Shown here: positions 61,911 through 64,000 of the stretch, piece after piece
Position numbering within the stretch: the stretch's first letter is position 1
Layout of the letters: each line of letters opens with the position of its first letter
The notes under the pieces: generated by a model
What the model was told of the DNA's origin: nothing
The model's input: the letters and a program-made list of their open reading frames with translations, nothing else
Databases searched by the model: none
Program-made: the position numbers and the translations under genes
NCBI GenBank assembly: GCA_024655865.1
Contig: JANLFM010000009.1
Coordinates: 2,000-65,999, forward strand
Length of the DNA: 64,000 nucleotides
Direction: 5' to 3'
DNA from: Caldisericota bacterium
Lineage (GTDB): Bacteria; Caldisericota; JANLFM01

Positions 61911-62922
61911 TTGTTCTTTTTTCCTTTTCCACCCTCATCACCGTGGGGCTCAAGCCAGTGATCTTGATGAAGGCGTCCTCGAGGGTGGGCTTAATGCTGT
62001 TAACCGAAAGTACCTCCAATCCTTTTTCTTTTGAGAACTCAAGCACGCTCTGGAACACAAAGGAAGGGATGCCCCCGTAAATCCTGATTTTCGTTTCCTC
62101 TACCGGGACCACTTTAAGTTCTGGGAGCCTTTGGGATAAGTCCTTGACAAACTGGTAATCCCCCTTTTTGAAAGAGAATTCGATAATGGACTCCTCCTCG
62201 GCTACGGCTTTTAAGGAATCAGGGGTGCCGACTTTTAAGATTTTCCCCCTCAAAAGTATAGCCACCCGATCGCAGAGGAAGTCTGCTTCTTCAAGGTAAT
62301 GGGTTGTGAGGAAAATGGTAATCCCCTGTTCTCTGAGATTATGGATCAGGTTGCGCAGGGAGTGAGCGGCGAGCACGTCCAGACCGGCTGTAGGCTCGTC
62401 CAGAAAAAGGATTTGGGGTTCATGTACCAGAGCGGAAGCGATAGTTAAAGAGCGCTTCATGCCCCGGGATAAAGTTCTAAAAAGGCTATTTTTTCGCTCG
62501 AAGAGCCCGAACATTTTAAGCAGGGCTTCCACCCTCTTCCTGCGCTGGCTTCGGGGGACGCCGAAAAGCTGGGCCATGAAAAGCAGGTTATCGAAAGCTG
62601 AAAGCTCATCATAGAGATTGGAGATTTCCGGAACAACTCCAATGTGTTTTTTGATCTCCAGGATTTTAGAGCTGACTTCCAGGCCAAGGACTGAGACTTC
62701 TCCGCTTGTTGGCTTGGAAAGCCCGGTGATGGTCCTGATGGTCGTGGTTTTCCCAGCTCCATTGGGTCCCAGAAAGCCGAAGATCTCGCCCTTTTCCACT
62801 TCAAAGCTAATGTGGTCCACGGCCAGGGTTTCCCCATAATATTTTGTCAATCCCGATACCTGAATTGCTTTCTGATTATTCATTTGGGTATGCCGGGTGC
62901 TTCCTGCGTTTGATTTTTCCAT
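61897..62922 (-). CDS. ABC exporter ATP-binding subunit (DrrA-like)
   Basis: GPNGAGKTT, LSRGMKR, LDEPTAGLD, TTHYLEEA; alternative start at 62883. Confidence 0.92.
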   Translation of the reverse strand: MEKSNAGSTRHTQMNNQKAIQVSGLTKYYGETLAVDHISFEVEKGEIFGFLGPNGAGKTTTIRTITGLSKPTSGEVSVLGLEVSSKILEIKKHIGVVPEISNLYDELSAFDNLLFMAQLFGVPRSQRRKRVEALLKMFGLFERKNSLFRTLSRGMKRSLTIASALVHEPQILFLDEPTAGLDVLAAHSLRNLIHNLREQGITIFLTTHYLEEADFLCDRVAILLRGKILKVGTPDSLKAVAEEESIIEFSFKKGDYQFVKDLSQRLPELKVVPVEETKIRIYGGIPSFVFQSVLEFSKEKGLEVLSVNSIKPTLEDAFIKITGLSPTVMRVEKEKRTNASG

Positions 62923-63114
62923 CCTTTTTACTTCTTCTTCTTCATCACTTGCGCCAGAGCTTTGGTAGGATCAGAGAAACAATTGTTCTAAATGCACAGC
63001 TCCTGCTTGTAGAGCATACATCAATCCTGATGGTTTAGGTGATGTGGGTAGAAGATGCTGGTCGTAGCGAGAATTCATAGCGATCCCGAAGCTGCAATCG
63101 GTTTCGCCATATTT

Positions 63115-63513
63115 TTAGTCTAGCCGCTCGGTATGGTCGACAAGCCTACCTTCGAGATAAGCGCTCACTGCATCGTCAATATTTGGGATATCCGTGATGA
63201 TCGGTTGGATACCGGCGTCTTTCATATTTTCGTATGCCCCTGCGCCCATCCCTCGGGCAAGCAGGACCTGACAGTCAGCAATTGCCGCCGCCATGAGTGC
63301 GTGCCGGGATTGTGATTCAGCACCGAAGCCATGTCCGCGAGGACTGGTTTCCTCGACATGAGGCTCGCTTCGGAATTGCGCATGCCCTAACTTCTCTCGC
63401 TTCTCACGTGCGACAATCTTTCCGTTCTCTATGGTAATAACAACATAGAAAGGTGCTCGTCCGAAATGCTGACTTATGGTTATTCCATCCTCTGATACCG
63501 CTGCGATTTTCAT
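63115..63513 (-). CDS. NifB/NifX-family (dinitrogenase FeMo-cofactor-binding-like) protein
   Basis: MKIAAVS..ISQHFGRAPFY, His-containing insert, GMGAGAY. Confidence 0.88.
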   Translation of the reverse strand: MKIAAVSEDGITISQHFGRAPFYVVITIENGKIVAREKREKLGHAQFRSEPHVEETSPRGHGFGAESQSRHALMAAAIADCQVLLARGMGAGAYENMKDAGIQPIITDIPNIDDAVSAYLEGRLVDHTERLD

Positions 63514-63668
63514 TTTTTCTTTTCTCTCCTTTACTTTTTATTTAAGTTGGCTTTAAGCCAAAAAGACCGAGTTCGTGAGCTTACGCTTAGTTTGCCATCA
63601 GAGATAGTGCCAGAAATTGAATAGATCTCCTTCAATTTTAGCTGTCAACGATGGCTGTTTCATAATTG

Positions 63669-64000
63669 TCAGGCTTTTCCTGGCTGACCCCCGCTGTGGG
63701 CATTGTTCCCGGGAAGGTGAGAAACGATCAGCACCGGGCAATAGGCGCGCCGGGAAACGCTTTCAGCGGTATTGCCTAATAAAACATCCCAGATGTTGCG
63801 GCGGCTATGCGAACCCAAAACAATCAAATCGGCATCCACATCCAAGGCCGCTTTGTTGATCTCCTTTACCGCATTCCCATGGCGGATCAGCGTTCCAGCC
63901 TGAATTCCCCGCTCCCTTGCTTCAGCAGCCAATTTTTGAAGCTTCCGTTCGGCTTCTGCCTGGGAGTCAACCCACAAATCCGTTTCTTTCTCACCCGAGG
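63669..64000 (-). CDS. Universal stress protein (5' end outside the window)
   Basis: ADLIVLGSH..LLGNTAESVSRRAYCPVLIV; frame open to the window edge. Confidence 0.85.
   Translation of the reverse strand, partial: SGEKETDLWVDSQAEAERKLQKLAAEARERGIQAGTLIRHGNAVKEINKAALDVDADLIVLGSHSRRNIWDVLLGNTAESVSRRAYCPVLIVSHLPGNNAHSGGQPGKA

Noticed and set aside
63115-63513. NifX-like gene as a sign of nitrogen fixation
   Set aside because: The family is widespread in non-diazotrophic anaerobes and no nif genes are present here.

Overview
Chromosomal window from an anaerobic, probably thermophilic, peptide/amino-acid-fermenting bacterium (inferred from gene content and Glu/Lys-rich proteins; the taxon cannot be fixed from sequence alone). 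Housekeeping blocks: ricT-holB-darA-tmk, two deoxynucleoside kinases, gatCAB, ligA, a FAS-II cluster, mutM, an EndoQ-family nuclease, a QueG-like gene and tRNA-Ser(GGA). Accessory content: (i) a SCIFF ranthipeptide precursor and its radical SAM maturase followed by a three-gene ABC exporter; (ii) a visibly AT-richer ~13 kb island (about 10.2-23.5 kb) with an NCS1 permease, an XRE + ImmA/IrrE pair and an operon encoding an M29/NicX-like metalloenzyme, two hydantoin-racemase-like proteins, a Dpp-type importer, a peptidase-T-like M20 enzyme and an overlapping nitroreductase + DUF6092 pair that resembles the cyclodipeptide oxidase subunits AlbA/AlbB, with no cyclodipeptide synthase nearby. This island is my best candidate for an undescribed system, a cyclic-dipeptide (diketopiperazine) catabolic pathway; (iii) a trans-3-hydroxy-L-proline dehydratase/reductase pair with a Liv-type importer; (iv) an iorA-iorB-ACD-aminotransferase fermentation operon; (v) a decayed patch with an IS481 relic and gene fragments; (vi) an intact heliorhodopsin downstream of the tRNA, converging on an ABC exporter. 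I saw no CRISPR array, rRNA or prophage. All family calls rest on motif recognition and recalled reference sequences, not database searches.
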